From Bugula neritina (Eukaryota; Animalia; Bryozoa): a stretch of 64,000 bases of DNA. Positions within the stretch are counted from its first letter, which is position 1, and the number at the start of each line of letters is the position of its first letter. Below the pieces are notes generated by a model. It did no database searches, had not been told where the DNA came from, and saw only the letters and a program-made list of their open reading frames with translations. Position numbers and translations under genes: made by a program. This document shows positions 14,330 to 28,745 of the stretch, piece by piece. The stretch lies in assembly GCA_964035545.1 (NCBI GenBank), contig OZ037765.1, positions 28,209,504 through 28,273,503 on the forward strand. The letters are read 5' to 3'.

Positions 14330-16150
14330 TTATTTTTAGTTATTAATAAAACTAAGAAATTGCTGCAGATAATAGATGATAGTAGAATGTAGAAAATATA
14401 TTCCGATGACCCAATGAAAATGAGGCTTGAAAGAAAGTAGAGGATTAAAAAACAAAGAGTAAGGTTTGGTGTTCAAAGATCTGAGTGCATGCTGTAAGCC
14501 AGAAGATGAAGAGATATACAGAACAAGTAGAGAGTATAACCAGAATAGAATACTTCTTTCAATATCTGCAAGGAAATAAAAGCACTGCCGCTGAAGAAGC
14601 ACCAGGCAAGAAAAAGATCTGAGGTGTTCTGACAAAACAAATGGAGTGAGTTAACTAAGCATAATAACTGTGCAGAATGGCTAGAAAGAGTGAATAATAA
14701 ATTAGAGCACACAAAAACCAGAAGAACATGAGTATATTACTTGTAGTAATGCAAAGAAGATGGTGAGTAAAATATTGAATTGGATATTACTTGCCCAGGT
14801 GGAGTTCAGTGATCCTAGGTTAGGCCACTAAGAAGTTTGCACAGGAAAATTTACGGAAGTGCTTAGAAGCTGATAGATGACATTAAGAAGGACAGATTTG
14901 ATCATAAAACAATTGGTTGAAGGGAGACAATCTGGAAAGCATTGACCTTCTGCATGTTTGCTACCAAGCTACCATCTCCTAAGTCAGGTTATTATTAAAA
15001 ATGAAAAAAAATACCGACTGCATTGGGAAATCAAAATTCTATCCTAGCAATGAGTTGGATAGATTATCAGACAGCAGATGGCATGATGCCTTGGTCTTAG
15101 AAACAATTCAACTTAGTTAGAATGTAACCCATTGATGAGAAAAAGTATGAATTGTATCGAAAACCTCAGCTGGAGTACCTTGGGGAAAAGAACATCAAGA
15201 AAGGAAGACACCAAGTGGGACTTTTTCCAAGGAAATTATCTATCTCGACTTCTCAGCTGTTACTGCTCTAATCCTACTATCAATTTTAATCAAGAAAGCC
15301 ACTCAAACTCACAAATCTTGATAAAACATCTTTTGAAGTTTTACAGAAGATCTGAGTCAGAATTGGAAACTTTGGTAAGAACTGCCAGAACCTTTACAAA
15401 AGATGTAGAAATTAAATCTAGATTGCTTGATGTACCCAACTAAGCCATGGGGAGAGGAAAGAAAAATTAGAGGATAAAGAAATTATATGCTCTGTTGATT
15501 GGGTAATCCAAGACCTTGCTGAGGAATTTTTAAATGCTGTAAAGCTCTAGAGATTAATAAAGTAACAACTAAAGAAATTAAAGATAAGTTTAGAAAAGAG
15601 CATGATTTATTAATAAGCTAAGTTCTAGACTCAAAATATAATGGAGAGACTGATATAATAAAAGCCAAAATACATGGGCAGTTACTGCAGGAATACTTGA
15701 CTGCACCATTGATAGGCTGACAGAGATGAATAAAAAACAAGCAAACTAATGACCATAAATATTCGAAGGCTGTGTTCTAGCAGAAGAGGATGCAACAGAA
15801 GAAAGGTGCTAATATTAAAGAATGTGTAAGGATTGGGGAATACAGTTTGTCAGATTAAATCAGAAAATGGGCATTGATTAAAATACTACAAAACCGAAGT
15901 AGCGCTAGAGTGATTGAAAGAACTGGTGGATGGAAAGACAATGATCTTTATAAATAGTCAACAAATTAAAAATTATTTGAAATAGCTAAGAAAAATACAA
16001 ATTAGTTCAACAGCTACAGTCTCACTAAGGCCAGCTCGGACCATCAAGAAAAAAAAAAACAGATTTGTAAGTGCAAACATTGTATAGCAGGTGATTATAG
16101 ACAGCTCATAACTATAACAGACAAAATATTCCAGATCAACTGATCATCAC
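14330..16150 (+). mobile_element. Degenerate non-LTR retrotransposon relic (R4/Dong-like RT)
   Basis: ORF 15132-15443 has FFQGNYLSRLL (cf. GIFQGDSLSPLLF), IKHLL, and YRRSESELETLVRTARTFTKD (cf. the region after YMDD in R4/Dong-type RTs); downstream HGQ-like remnant; many stops and frameshifts. Boundaries approximate. Confidence 0.6.
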
Positions 16151-17475
16151 AACAGAGTAAGATAATTCACTCAATATTTTCTAGTTATTATAGCATGGGT
16201 TAGTTTTAATTAATTTTTACTTGTTAGTATTGCTTTATTTATGTTCTTGTATATAATTGTTGGTTAGTTGGAGCTGTTTAGTTGTAAGTTAAAATTATAG
16301 TTGCATATTGCTGTAACCTTTTGAGAGCAATATATTTATTGAGAATAAGTATCATTGAACAACAGTGGAAATACATGAGGCAAAGTTAGCTGCCTGCTTG
16401 AAGCAGACAATTTTGTCTACAGAATATATTATTATAGTGTAGCCTGTGAGAGTTATCTTCTAGTGCACTAAATTATACCATAGAAATCCCAATCTTTTGG
16501 TGTGATTTATATAACAATATTTGAGATCAAATGCTCCGTATATTCGCAAATAAATGTATGCACGCAGGTAATTTCTTTATTAAAAAAGGCTATGTGAGTT
16601 ATTGTAGGTTTTCTACCAATACTAGTATATTAAAAAGCGAAAAGAATATTGCTAATGATAATTATCACTTTGACCACGTAGCAAAAACACTTCTGATTTT
16701 GTATTTTCATGGTCAATAGTAATTATTAATTTTTTAATAAACAAGTTCATAAACTCAGATAAATTAAACTCTTATTTACGCCTTTGGCGTGTAAAATTAT
16801 CAATCACAATGACTATTTGAATGGGTGAATTATTTTATTATTGAATTTAATATTTATATTAAATTAATTCAATTATTATTAAATGCAAATTTTAAACTTG
16901 AAACTAAAAGTAATCGAACCGTTTAGTTTAACATAAAATTCATCGTTATAATTATCTGATAAATAATTATGGTTAAATCGAGTAATACTAATAGTTATGC
17001 TAATAACTAATTAACTAAAAGTAAATAAGTAATAGCACTAGCAGTTATTTCAAGTTTGCGTAACAACTGTTGTCTGTTAAACTTAGAATTAAAGTGAAGC
17101 CTCAAGTTCAAGTGCTAAGCTCAGTGTAATCAGAATGAAACTAAACATATTGTTATGAAAATTGATAATGATTAACAAGTGTAAGTTCTAAGCACAGTAA
17201 AGTTTTTAGTCAATAAGTTTTGCCTGTGTAATTTTGTTGGAAAGCTTGCATTATTTGACCCTAATAGTAATAGTAATGGTTTTCCAATTTGCCTCTGCCT
17301 TAAACATATTTTTATGTTCATGGTGCTGTATCTGCATAAGATATTTTGCTTTCAAATTTTTCTTGAAAATTGCAAACCAGCAATACACATTATGGAATTT
17401 TAGTGGCACCTCAAGTTGAAACTAATTATAATATAAATATTTGCAGAAAAGTTTGTGATTAATGGGTAGGCAATA

Positions 17476-20400
17476 ATGAGGAGACTTAATGCAGTTAGAG
17501 AAAGTAAAGAGCCGTTGAAAATTGTCAAAGAGCTTGATGCTTTTCCTAAGATTGATGATTGTTATGTAGAAACTACAGCAAGATCTGGTGGAGGTATGTT
17601 GAACATTATTTGAATTATTATACTTTGTCTTTTACTGTTGAGTGAACTTTAATAAATGAATGTTATATCAAAACCATATTTTAGATTTTATAAAACTGCT
17701 ATTTTTTTATCTTCGTTGTACACAAATCAATTGTTCAAATGGTTTATGGTGAGCACATCACTAATTTTGAGATTTGTTTACTGTAGTGTCTATTTTGATG
17801 TTTGCTTGCATTGGAGTTTTGATTCTGTCAGAAGTCTACAACTACGCTAGTTATGAAGTTGTATATGAATATGGGGTAGACAGTGATACTTCTTCGTAAG
17901 TATATAATTGTTTACATGTACTGAGTCTCCATAAGCATCATTGTTTTATGTTTTAAGTTGATCTGCTACAACAATGTGTAACAATTGTTTTTGTGCTTAT
18001 TTTTAGCGATCTCAAGCTAAATGTGGATATAACCGTAGCCATGCCTTGCAACGGTAATATAAATTTTCTACCTACTACGCCTTATATTTACTGATTTCCT
18101 GTTTATGGAATACTCTAGTTCTGCTGCTGATTTGAAATTACTTTATAACTTTTAAGTTTATAAAAGGTTAGAGGCCAGGTTTTTTTCCAAACGCTGATAG
18201 CATAAATAAATGGCATGGCGTGCAAATGTGTTTTCTTCAAATTCAAACAAGGAATAAAGGAATAAGCATATATTATTTTGAAATTTGTCAAGTAAGTCTT
18301 TTTCTACCTTGTTTTTTGAAGTTTAAATTATTTTTATTTTTGTAGCTATTGGTGCAGATTTATTAGACAAGACAGGGAAACATAATATTGATCATGAGAA
18401 TAACTTGAGTGAAACCAACACTGTGTTTACGCTGCCTGATGAGCAGCAGAAACATATGCAAGACTACCAGAAGTCATCTAGATATGTTAGAGACACGTAC
18501 CATTCCATGCATGAGACAATGTGGGATAGGGGAATAATCATTGACTCTTCTGCATTTCCTCACAGGTCAGTTTTCTCATTGCTTTTCTCAACATATTTTT
18601 TATAATTCATGTCATTGAAGAATGTTAGAAAAGAGTTATTGTTCCCGTTTTAAATTTCTCTCATATTTATTGTATAAATCTGTATTAAATGTTAATGCAG
18701 TTATTGTGTAGCCATATTTGACATCACCCAATCTTTGGATTTTTAGACCAGCAAATGATAGAACACCAAAAGATGCTTGCAGGTTTCGAGGGTTTTTGAA
18801 GACTAAAAAGTTATCAGGCAACTTTCATATTACTCTTGGAAAGTGAGCACTTCTAATTATCTGATCCAATATTTATGCAGCATTTGCTACAAAATCAACC
18901 AACTGTCATGAATTTGCGATACAATTTTGTGATGTTATTCTTTTTCTGTTTTCAGACCAGTACAGATGTTTGGTGGTGGCCATGCTCATTTATCTGTTAT
19001 AATGAATGAAAGTATGTATTATTTTATGTAATGTGTGTTGGAGTATCATGGCTAATTCTAGTAATCATTACTGCTAAAACAATATTGTGTGCAGTCTTAT
19101 ATATCCCATGTTAGGCTTAACCAGAGTATAAGTGTTGAAGAAATTATTTTCCTTGACATATGCAGTGTTATGCTGTTATGTGTTCAAGCAAGCTATGTTG
19201 CTTGGTTTGGTAAACACTTACTTTATCAGTAATTCAACAGTATTTGATAAGTCCTACTATTTATTACTATAACTTTAGTAGTATTATATAATGTTGTTCA
19301 TTTCATTATATAGTGTCATGTAGTGTTGCAATAATATAGAGCTGTAAGACACTCTGCTACTGGCAAGGTCATTTGACTTATGCTTAGCAAATATCTCTAG
19401 CAAAATATTAGGTGTTGAATCAAGTATCTAGCACATGCTAGTCAAATATGCTATTGATTTGCTGTGTTTAATACACATTAATATGTATTTTATAGATTAT
19501 AATTTCTCCCACAGAATACACCACCTGTCTTTTGGGGATGCAGCCTATGGCCGTATTCACCCTCTTGATGGTGATGAACACATCACACCTAATCGTTAGT
19601 ACTCAGCCAGCTCCTTCTGTTGTATTCTATGTTAAACTTTTGTTAATTGAGAATATAAAAAAATTCCATCTGTTTTCAAACAAACTTGTTATATGTGTTA
19701 CAAGAAATATGTAGTGTTATCTATATATTTTTAAGTGCTTTTCATTTCTCTAAGCACCATTTTCTCAGCTATTTCTGTTTTTAGGACTTCATATTTACCA
19801 GTACTTCATTAAAGTTGTTCCTACGAAAGTCAACACAAGGTTCTCCAACGTGGATACTTATCAGTTTGCTGTAACTGAAAGAGTAAGTAAATCCATTACA
19901 CAAAAAAAAACCGTCGTCATGCATAAAGTTTTTATTTTCTACCTTTTAGTTTGACTCTAAATATTGAGTCCTAGTTAAAGGTTGGTCCCAGTATAATAAT
20001 ATTCTACTACATCACATACATTTCATACTCATTTGCAGCAAAATTGTAATGCAGTAAAATGTATTACCTAGTTTAGACTGTAGAGTAACACTTTTTAAAC
20101 TGCTAAAATGCTATTTTAATACAGCAGAATAATTCAAACCTACTGCCTGGCTATGTGTCACTGTGTACTCTGCAATACCAAGCAGAACAACCTTTGAAAA
20201 TTCACTTGCATTGTTCTAAGTTTTTGTGATATGTAGTTCTATACATAAGCTTCATACTATTTTATATTGATACATAACCCCGGTATACTCTACTCTCCTT
20301 AGTTGACTCTAACTCTCTGCTGCTGAATGTGTACTTCAATGTTACTTATATTGTAATTTTCGTCGCATGTTTGTTAGCTCTTTCATCAAGGTTGTGGAAC

Positions 20401-20951
20401 ATGTTTTTTAGAACCGTGCACTAGATCATAGCACAGGCAGCCACGGTACTCCTGGTATATTTCTCAAGTATGATTTCTCGCCAATAAAAGTCTACGTGGA
20501 GCAGAAATATAAGCCGCTATGGAAATTTCTCATCAGGCTCTGCGGTATTGTTGGAGGCATATTTGCTTGCACAGGTATTACACTAAGTAATACTATAGTG
20601 ATGTAATGCAATCCTTTTCATTATGCTATCAGGATTGAGATCAAGTAACAATTTCAATGCGTGAGCTCCTACTCTAGAATAATCTTTTGCTTTATGATTG
20701 CAGGTATTCTAAATAGTCTGTTTGGTACTATACTGGATATTATATGCTGCCGGTTTAAACTTGGACAATACAAACCTAGCGAGAAATCAGACCCTGCAGC
20801 TGCCAATAGCAGTCTAATTGCTGCCAACATTCCCATCCCTGCGCCAGAACATGCCGTAAAGTTACCTATGTTCACTACAGTCCCAAATGATACACCATAT
20901 CCTAGTCCTGCAGTTAATGAACCTGCAGTGTCGACACTAGTTAGTCAATAG
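17476..20951 (+). CDS. ERGIC2: ER-Golgi intermediate compartment protein 2 (Erv41 family); exons ~17476-17593, 17787-17895, 18007-18053, 18346-18565, ~18711-18842, ~18956-19011, ~19496-19594, ~19786-19882, 20412-20574, ~20704-20951
   Basis: MRRL...VKELDAFPKI, N-terminal TM, LNVDITVAMPC, IGADLLD, ACRFRG...KLSGNFHIT, YNFSHRIHHLSFG, HPLDG, YQYFIKVVPT, GSHGTPGIFLKYD, RLCGIVGGIFA. Confidence 0.92.
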
Positions 20952-21347
20952 GGAAATATGTTACATTAAATTGAATTTTTTTATGATTTTCTATTTTTTA
21001 TATTTTCAAGTAACTTAGGAGAAATAGATGTTGAGGTTAACTAAACATAACTTTTTACAAGAACATATTGACATGCTCAACAGTATTCATTGATGATTGT
21101 TGCCAGACCTTATCTTGATGTTATGAAGAGTAGATAGATAAATCTATTTTATGGTTATTTAAATATTTGGTTTCAAGACGTAATTTATAAAACAGAATAA
21201 GTTCGAGATCTGTAAATAAGTCATTTTAAATCTGTAATAGTAGAGCTCTCAGAATCTCTACTGCAGTACTCAGTATTGCAAGCTTCTGTTATGGTACATC
21301 ACATAATATATAATAGACACAATAAAAGTATAAAAAATAAAATGGAA

Positions 21348-24300
21348 TCAACGCTGCACACTTTTTTTAAAAGCTACTCGAAGCTCTGCAGATCTGGATC
21401 TAGGATTCTGGGTAACCTCTTCTTCTAAAGGTTTAATAACTGAACTGTCGCATTTCCATGGATATAGAAACGCAGTCTGATGAAGGTTTGGGGTGACCAG
21501 CGTTTGTTTATCAATAGCATGCTTTGTATTGAATACTTGGTGCGTTATGTTATGCTCTAAACTATGGAAACTAATCACTGCACATATCCCGTTTGGTTTT
21601 AGTAAGAGGTGAGCTATTTTCAGTCCATTGTACAGCTGGTTAAGCTCATCATTAACAAATATTCTTAGTGCTTGAAAAGTCAAAGTTGCTGCATGCTGCT
21701 TCCTACCAGCTTTATCCACCTTCCTGGTGGCTTCAGCAGCCCTGCAAATAAACAGATACACAAATCATGGTATTGCCCAATGAGCAGTTTTCAAAAATAT
21801 GAAAGTTAAATACATTTTTTAGTGATTTTATGCTGCTATTTTATACATCAAGACTAGAAAAGTTTTTAATTATTCGAAATGTGCATATAATACGGCAACA
21901 TTAGAGTTGGTGATGTAATAGAGAAATTGAAAAAAGCCTGCAGATGATTTAAGATCAACAAATTGTAATATGTAAAGCAATTCTGTAAATGTATGTAGTT
22001 TAATGTAGATATATAGAAAAGACTCAACAGATTTCATCAACTAAAAAGCTGTCAAACCGAATCATAAAATGGTTACCGCTATTTCACTTGATGATGGCAT
22101 GTGGTGTGTTTGGATCAAGTTTTATCTGCCTGAACATATTTGTTTACCTATACACTTCAGAGACCAACTCCCGGAGATCTTTAGTTGTGGTGATTGGGCC
22201 CATCATCTGTCTGTATTCCACGACAAGTCTTGCTATTTGACGAGACAATTTCTCCTCTCCGTACTTTTTGAGAATCTTGTAGAGATCTTTCTCTTCCAGT
22301 TTATTTACTACGTCAGCGGCTGTTGGCGTTTCCTCATCTCTTCAACATAACCCGATAGAGTAACACTCAGAATGTATTCTACACTTATGCATCTAACAGA
22401 TGATATTTAGTTCATTACATTGCAATTTATAATTGGGTAATATTTTCTAATAACATTAGGTTACTCTAAAATTTAAACTAGCCCATCATTGCTATTTTCT
22501 GGTCTCCAAGTGACCAAGAACAACTTTTGAACATAAAAATTAAAGCAAGAAATGAGCATGAAAATCACAACTATTGCAGTGAAATAAATATTTAAAATAT
22601 TACAGTAAAATATTAAATAAAAAGGTTTCACATTGAACCTTATCTTAGCAGATCTCATTATGAATAACTTTTGCTCACTTAATTTTCAAAGTTCAACCAT
22701 TCTAATTGGAATATTAGTTTGGCATTTCTAATGTGAGATCAGAAAACATTGATTGAGGAGATTAATTTGTATGGGACATTGTGAGCTGGTAAAAGATTTA
22801 TGACCTACAAGTACATGGCATATCTAAATTATCTAAAGTTAAATATCTCAGCATATTGTAGTTAATTTATAGAGTTGAATGTGAATATATACAGACAGCA
22901 GCTATAAATTACCTATTCATTCTCATGTCAAGTGGACCATTATTAGTGACTGAGAAACCTCTGTCCCTGTTACTGTATTGCATAGAAGAAGCTCCAACAT
23001 CAAATAAAATCCCATCGGCAATATTTGCCGTAGAATGCCCTTGACCTCTAAGGATTTCCACAATATCCGTAAAAGAGCCATGCAGCAGTCTCACTCGGTC
23101 CCTGGAAAGTCATCAGACATATTAGAATTAGCTGGATAGTCACCAGCAAAATGCACAGCTTTCATTATTAGAAACAAATAGCATTTTTTCCTAACTAGTG
23201 TGAAAATAAGAGGCAACCCTACTCCTGGCTACTGCAATAGCTCATCTATAATTCAATTAGGAGTAGTTTTCTTACATTGAACCCTACATGCTTATACCAT
23301 AGGTGTACTCTTCTGTTTAGTTTAAATGATGCAATGGTAAAGTTCTGTCAATGGAGATTTACATAAATTCATTGAGCAAAAAATTATATTTCTTAGTGTT
23401 AATAGTAAATTATGAAGTAGGGCCTACAGTTACCCTAACGAGTAGGGAATCCGAAAGCACCCCAAGTCCTAGGATGTAAATATATGAAGTATAAGCAGTT
23501 TGTGTTGGCCCTCAGCTAGAATAAAGCAAACCTGAAGTGACCTCTTTCTGCTACACAATGCTATAAACAATTGTCTATTACAGTATATGAAATAAATCTC
23601 ATATTTTCAGACTTTTAGTCTTAATCGAAAATACTTCAAAGTTTTATAAAGAAAAATAAAAGCAGGTTTTCTGTCTGCACAATGTAAGCTGTTTATTATA
23701 TAAAATATTTTCCTCATTTGGAGATTTGTAAAATTAATTGAGTGTCAATGTCAAATTTAGAGCATCTATCATAATTCAACATCTCCATTAAATTAAATAT
23801 TTTAACTTCTTATCACAATACCCATGGATATCATATTTTACTGGTGAGTATTTCGGTTTAAGCTAGACTATTAATTTTTATTGACGCCTCATACATTCCC
23901 TCCCATTTTAATTGATGTGACAGTGTATTTACAGTCAGTTAGCAAACAGCTTTGCAGCTAACAACAGGGAAGGCGAAAAATATTGATGAAACAACAGCAA
24001 ATACTGTAAAAATATTAGTATCAGTTTAATACCCAGAGCTTAGTATTAAGTATATTGAATTTGTTGAAATTTTAAAAACTTCTTTTGTTGCTATTAAATC
24101 GGCTAAACTTTATTTTAAATAAAATAAGATAACAAGTATGTGACTATTTTTGGCATTTTATTGCAATCATCAATTTAAACAAATTGTCTCACATTGCCAA
24201 CTAAATGTTAATGTAAGGATTAATAACAGAATACCTGGTAATATTTTGAAAATCAAATTTAAACAACTTGACTTTTCATATTATGAGGCTGCACATTTAA

Positions 24301-26385
24301 GGATAGTCCTTATAAAACAAAGTTCGTCAACTGAAAGAGTTGAGCACAGTTTTAATTACTATAGTATAATCTAAAATAGTCTCAAAGCTGGTTTTGTCAG
24401 ACCTTCTGCCTAGTCTTAGGTAAATGATGTTCACAACCACTTGATCTAATCTGAGCATGTATTTGAGCACATGTGATGAGACAATCTTGGTGTTTCTCAG
24501 AGGTGTAAAACCAGGTGAAACTGGCTGGGCCTGCTATTATTTTAGCACATTTGGCCCATTTTAGCACATTTGGGCACATATTAGCACATTTCAACACATT
24601 ATTACAACTATTAGCACATTTAGCCCAGTTTAGGACATTTGGGCATTTTTCAGAACATTTGGGCACTTTTCAGCAAATTACTGCAAATAGTCGAATATTT
24701 AGCCATCATGGCTTTGAGTAAAGATGGAAAGTTTTGCGATATGATAGTTGGAAACTGAATGCAAATGAAAACAACTGTGGACTAGTAATCTTAGTGTGAA
24801 CCTGGTAAGTTGAGCTAATCCTACACACGACTGCCTTTGTAGTGAAATACTGCATATCAAAATAGTCATTTTCGACAGAAATGAAGACAGCTATGACATT
24901 ATTTTGATAAAAACCTGGGATAACTCTGACGAAGATGAAATATTTATTTAACATTTATTTATAATTATCACTACAGTTTAATACTATAAACTAAAACAAC
25001 GGTCAGCTACAACAGTTCATTACACGCTTTCATTTAATTCTAATCACTTTGATAGTCAAGTAAAATCATAGCGCAAATGTAGTAATAAAAGCAGATAACT
25101 CCAATTTTAAGTTATATTTATTTCAAGGTCGAACTTATCATTATGAATATCCATATTACAATGTTGAAGACTAAATTGAGTGTCAGAAGTTTTACCTGAT
25201 TGTGCTGGAGGATAGTTTTTATGTTCTGTACCCTGAAAGCAAAGCCAGTATCAGGCTGCCCAAGCTGATGGAAACAAATGTGTTCAAAACAAATGAAATT
25301 GGTTTATAAGAGAACACAACTCTCAAGTTACATTTGAAGTGTAATCAAATTACTTCAGCAAATTTTAATACTACATAATATAGTTATGCAGCCATGTTTT
25401 AAATTTTAAAACTTAGCCAACAGAACATCAGAGTTGAATTTTTAGCAGAACAACTTGCATGATTAAGGCAACAAAAAGCAATTCTAATGGTTTTATATAG
25501 TAAACGGGCTTACCTCCCATAGTCAAGTTGCAACTGCTCCCCATAACCTAATGCTGATTTGTCACGGTCTAAAGCTATAATGGATATTTCAGGACAAGCA
25601 TTGAGTAAAGCTCTTGAGTGACCTCCGGCTCCAAAAGTCATGTCAATAAATGTCTAAAATATAACTCAATTACTGCACATAGTAATTAGTATGGATATAA
25701 CTATATATACTGAACACTTACTGCATGTAGTGCAATATACAGATATTATATCTAAAGCTTAGGCTTAATAATTCAAATCTTTCTATACCAAAATACTCTG
25801 ATAATTCATATAATATTATATGAATCCTGCTATGCAATAAGTTTCTGTTTGAAACATGAAATTAGTGCAGTAACGATCTTTTCAGAAACTTGAAGGACTA
25901 TCTGAAAGTAATCTGAAATCTGAGCTTTGACTGTGAAGCCAATCAAGATGTCTTTCAATAACGATCAACCCACAAAAATGGTGTTTTCTGTTACTTAGTT
26001 ATAGATATATCCTTTCAACAAATTTCATATTAGGACATAGATACCCATTTACCAAAGTCAACTTACACTACAACTTACTTAGGCCAGAGTTTTATTATCT
26101 CTAAAAGTTGGTTCATGCAAAAAATTGTAAGTGGTTAGCTAGCACAACAGTTTTGTAATTTGAAAGGTTTTTACATATACACACCTTCCTGGGTGCTGGT
26201 TGAAATAGATTTACAACCTCACTGCTCAGCACTGGGATGTGTGGCACAGAGTGTTCAGGTTTCTGTGTTTCAGCTACAGTGCACAGCTTTCTGTTCCCCA
26301 CCACCCATAATCTGCCTAAATATTTCTGAATTCTCATAGTTCTGTCAACAGCTACAACGCACAATACTAAATTAACAGCAGGCAT
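21348..26385 (-). CDS. METTL15: Mitochondrial 12S rRNA m4C methyltransferase (RsmH/MraW family); exons 26185-26385, 25514-25653, 22913-23101, 22148-~22339, 21348-~21741
   Basis: HIPVL, IDMTFGAGGHS, LDRD, GILFDVGASSMQ...RGFS...GPLDMRM, YGEE, HAATLTFQALRIFVNDEL, ISFHSLE, NPRSRSAELR; splice phases consistent. Confidence 0.93.
24538..24690. repeat. ~10-11-bp-period minisatellite (TTAGCACATT / TTGGGCACAT variants) in a METTL15 intron
   Basis: Repeated ttagcacatt, tggcccatt, tgggcacat and taggacatt units. Confidence 0.8.
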
Positions 26386-27039
26386 TAACTATTTCAAGAT
26401 TTGATTGATATAATAATAATATAAATATTAAAAATAAATATGATAATCATAATATTAAATAAAATATCAACCAAGCAATAACTCAAAGTCAATAAGTAAT
26501 TATAATAGATTAAAATACAATTACTATTAGTAATAACATTAATATAAGTATTACAATATCAAAATGAATCATCAATATGAAATTGACTTGAAATAACGTT
26601 TATATAATCATAATGATAATTACTCAATTTCATATATTTATAATATATTCAATAAATAATATTTATATAAATTATTATATAATCATAATGATAATAATAA
26701 AATAAATATAAATATTATTTGTCAAATATTGAATGTATGATATTGATGATAAAATTGAATAATATTAATATTTAATAAATATAATAATTATAATGATAAT
26801 CATTGACATTATGATTATCACTTTATGATTAGATTAAATTTAATTAAATAATTGTTATTATAATCATTCATGTTTTTACAGAGCTTCATTTTCAATTTCT
26901 AATTTCTAGTTAGTGCAATAAACTCAATATTTATACTTTTAGAGTTATTAAAATTGCATTATGGCTACAATAATACTAATAAAACTATTATATTGTTATT
27001 ATAACATATAACTAAAACTAGTACATCTCTAAGGTCGAC

Positions 27040-27350
27040 ATTCAACATTACCATGTGGGTGTGGTGCAACAACGCTAGATTTACTAACAACTCTTTGACG
27101 AACACGTTCCATTGGTTAAATGGAGAAATGCTAGTTTTGTATTCGCAAAGCTCTCATGTCGGTTCCAGTATTGACACGAGTGTTAGTCTTCCGTTGCTGA
27201 GTGAAAGATGCTCCTTTTTTGTGCTTACACTTACTAGATTTCGAGTCACCATCACTATTTTTGTTGTGTTCTTAGTTGTAGAACTCGTTACTATAAGTAT
27301 ATTGGCCACATTAAACTTAATATAAACACGCCGCTAGCATTGTTTCATCG
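27040..27350 (-). promoter_or_regulatory. Probable METTL15 promoter and first non-coding exon
   Basis: CpG-enriched island in AT-rich surroundings, ATTGG at ~27110, minus-strand donor ATG|GTAATG near 27050. Confidence 0.45.
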
Positions 27351-28745
27351 TTCTGATTCTCATTCTGATTCTCATTTTCATTATGATTAATCATTGATCC
27401 TTTCAAGCACTCACTGGGTGATGTTCAAAAGGAAAATTAATCTCAGTTTCACTGAATATGAATATGATTATGAATGGTTTTTGTTTGCTGGCTATGGTAA
27501 TCGTATTGGTCATTGTATCATTAATTTGATTATGATAACACCTGACAATTAATGTTCTACCATGATCACCATCACCATGTCTAATTTTATGGTAATTTAC
27601 TAACTACTAGTACTACTAGTACTGTACTAGTACTAGTACTACTAGAAGTAGAATTTTTCAGCAATCTGAATCACATTAAATTTACTTTTTCCCTCTATAT
27701 TGTGGGATAATTTACTAATTGTTATTGCTATTAAAATTAACAATCATAATTTCAATATGAATATATAATAATATATATAATTCATAATAACTGGCAATGA
27801 TAATATTATTTGTAAATTAAAAAAATGGGTTACTAGCTCCTATATCCGAGCCTCACATTTTAAAGTGCTTAAATCTTAATACTAAGAGTCAATAGTTCCG
27901 GATTTCTAAGTTTTAATCGTTTTATATCATACAACAAAAAGCTTATTTAGATTTTAACATGGTAAAACCATTACTTTCAACATAGCAATGCAACTTGCTA
28001 AGCCATTTGTCTGGCTGGTATCAGTACTGGTAACATAATAATGTTTTTTGCAAAATTTCCTAAATTGGTGTTTTGAAGTAAATGGAACTTTTAAAAGAAG
28101 ACATCATTTTATTAAAATTAGCTATTGATTTTGCTAAAATGTTGAAGAGCATTCCTATGTTGTTACTGCAAAAGTTAGCTTTAACTTCATCTGCTCTTCT
28201 TTTGTGTTTTCATTTGCATCTTCTTTTTATTCCTTTTCTATCAGCAGCATATGTATTTTTATTTTATCTGCAAATGTGTACAATATTAAAGTGGACATGG
28301 TCTTTGTGCATATGGCCATTACTTTTAAAATAATCTTCATTAGTAAAAGTATATAAGTGACTTTATAGTTAAAGCCAAGGTTGCAATTATAATGCCAAAA
28401 CGCTACAGATATGTGGCATAGTCCTCCAGCACCTTAAAACTTCAAGCTGTACAAAATATCATTGATAGAACGATTTCATTTAAGTTAAAGTGAGGAACGC
28501 TATCCCAAAAGTATGAGATATGTTTTATATGCTATATGTTATAATATATACACTTTTTAGCCATTGCATAGTTTAAGGCTTATTAGTTATGGCCAGTGTA
28601 TTGTTTTGTACACATTAAAATATATTCTACTATGTAGAAAAACAATAACTACAAAAATATATTATTTAACTTGAATATTGTATTAAAGAAACTCTTTTTT
28701 CTTCTATAACACTAAATTTATCTTTCCTGATGCAATATCTGTAAG

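Noticed and set aside
24397-24721. Cys-repeat ORF (KCANMCPNVL) resembling a metallothionein
   Set aside because: Arises from the 10-11-bp minisatellite; repeat period is not codon-consistent.
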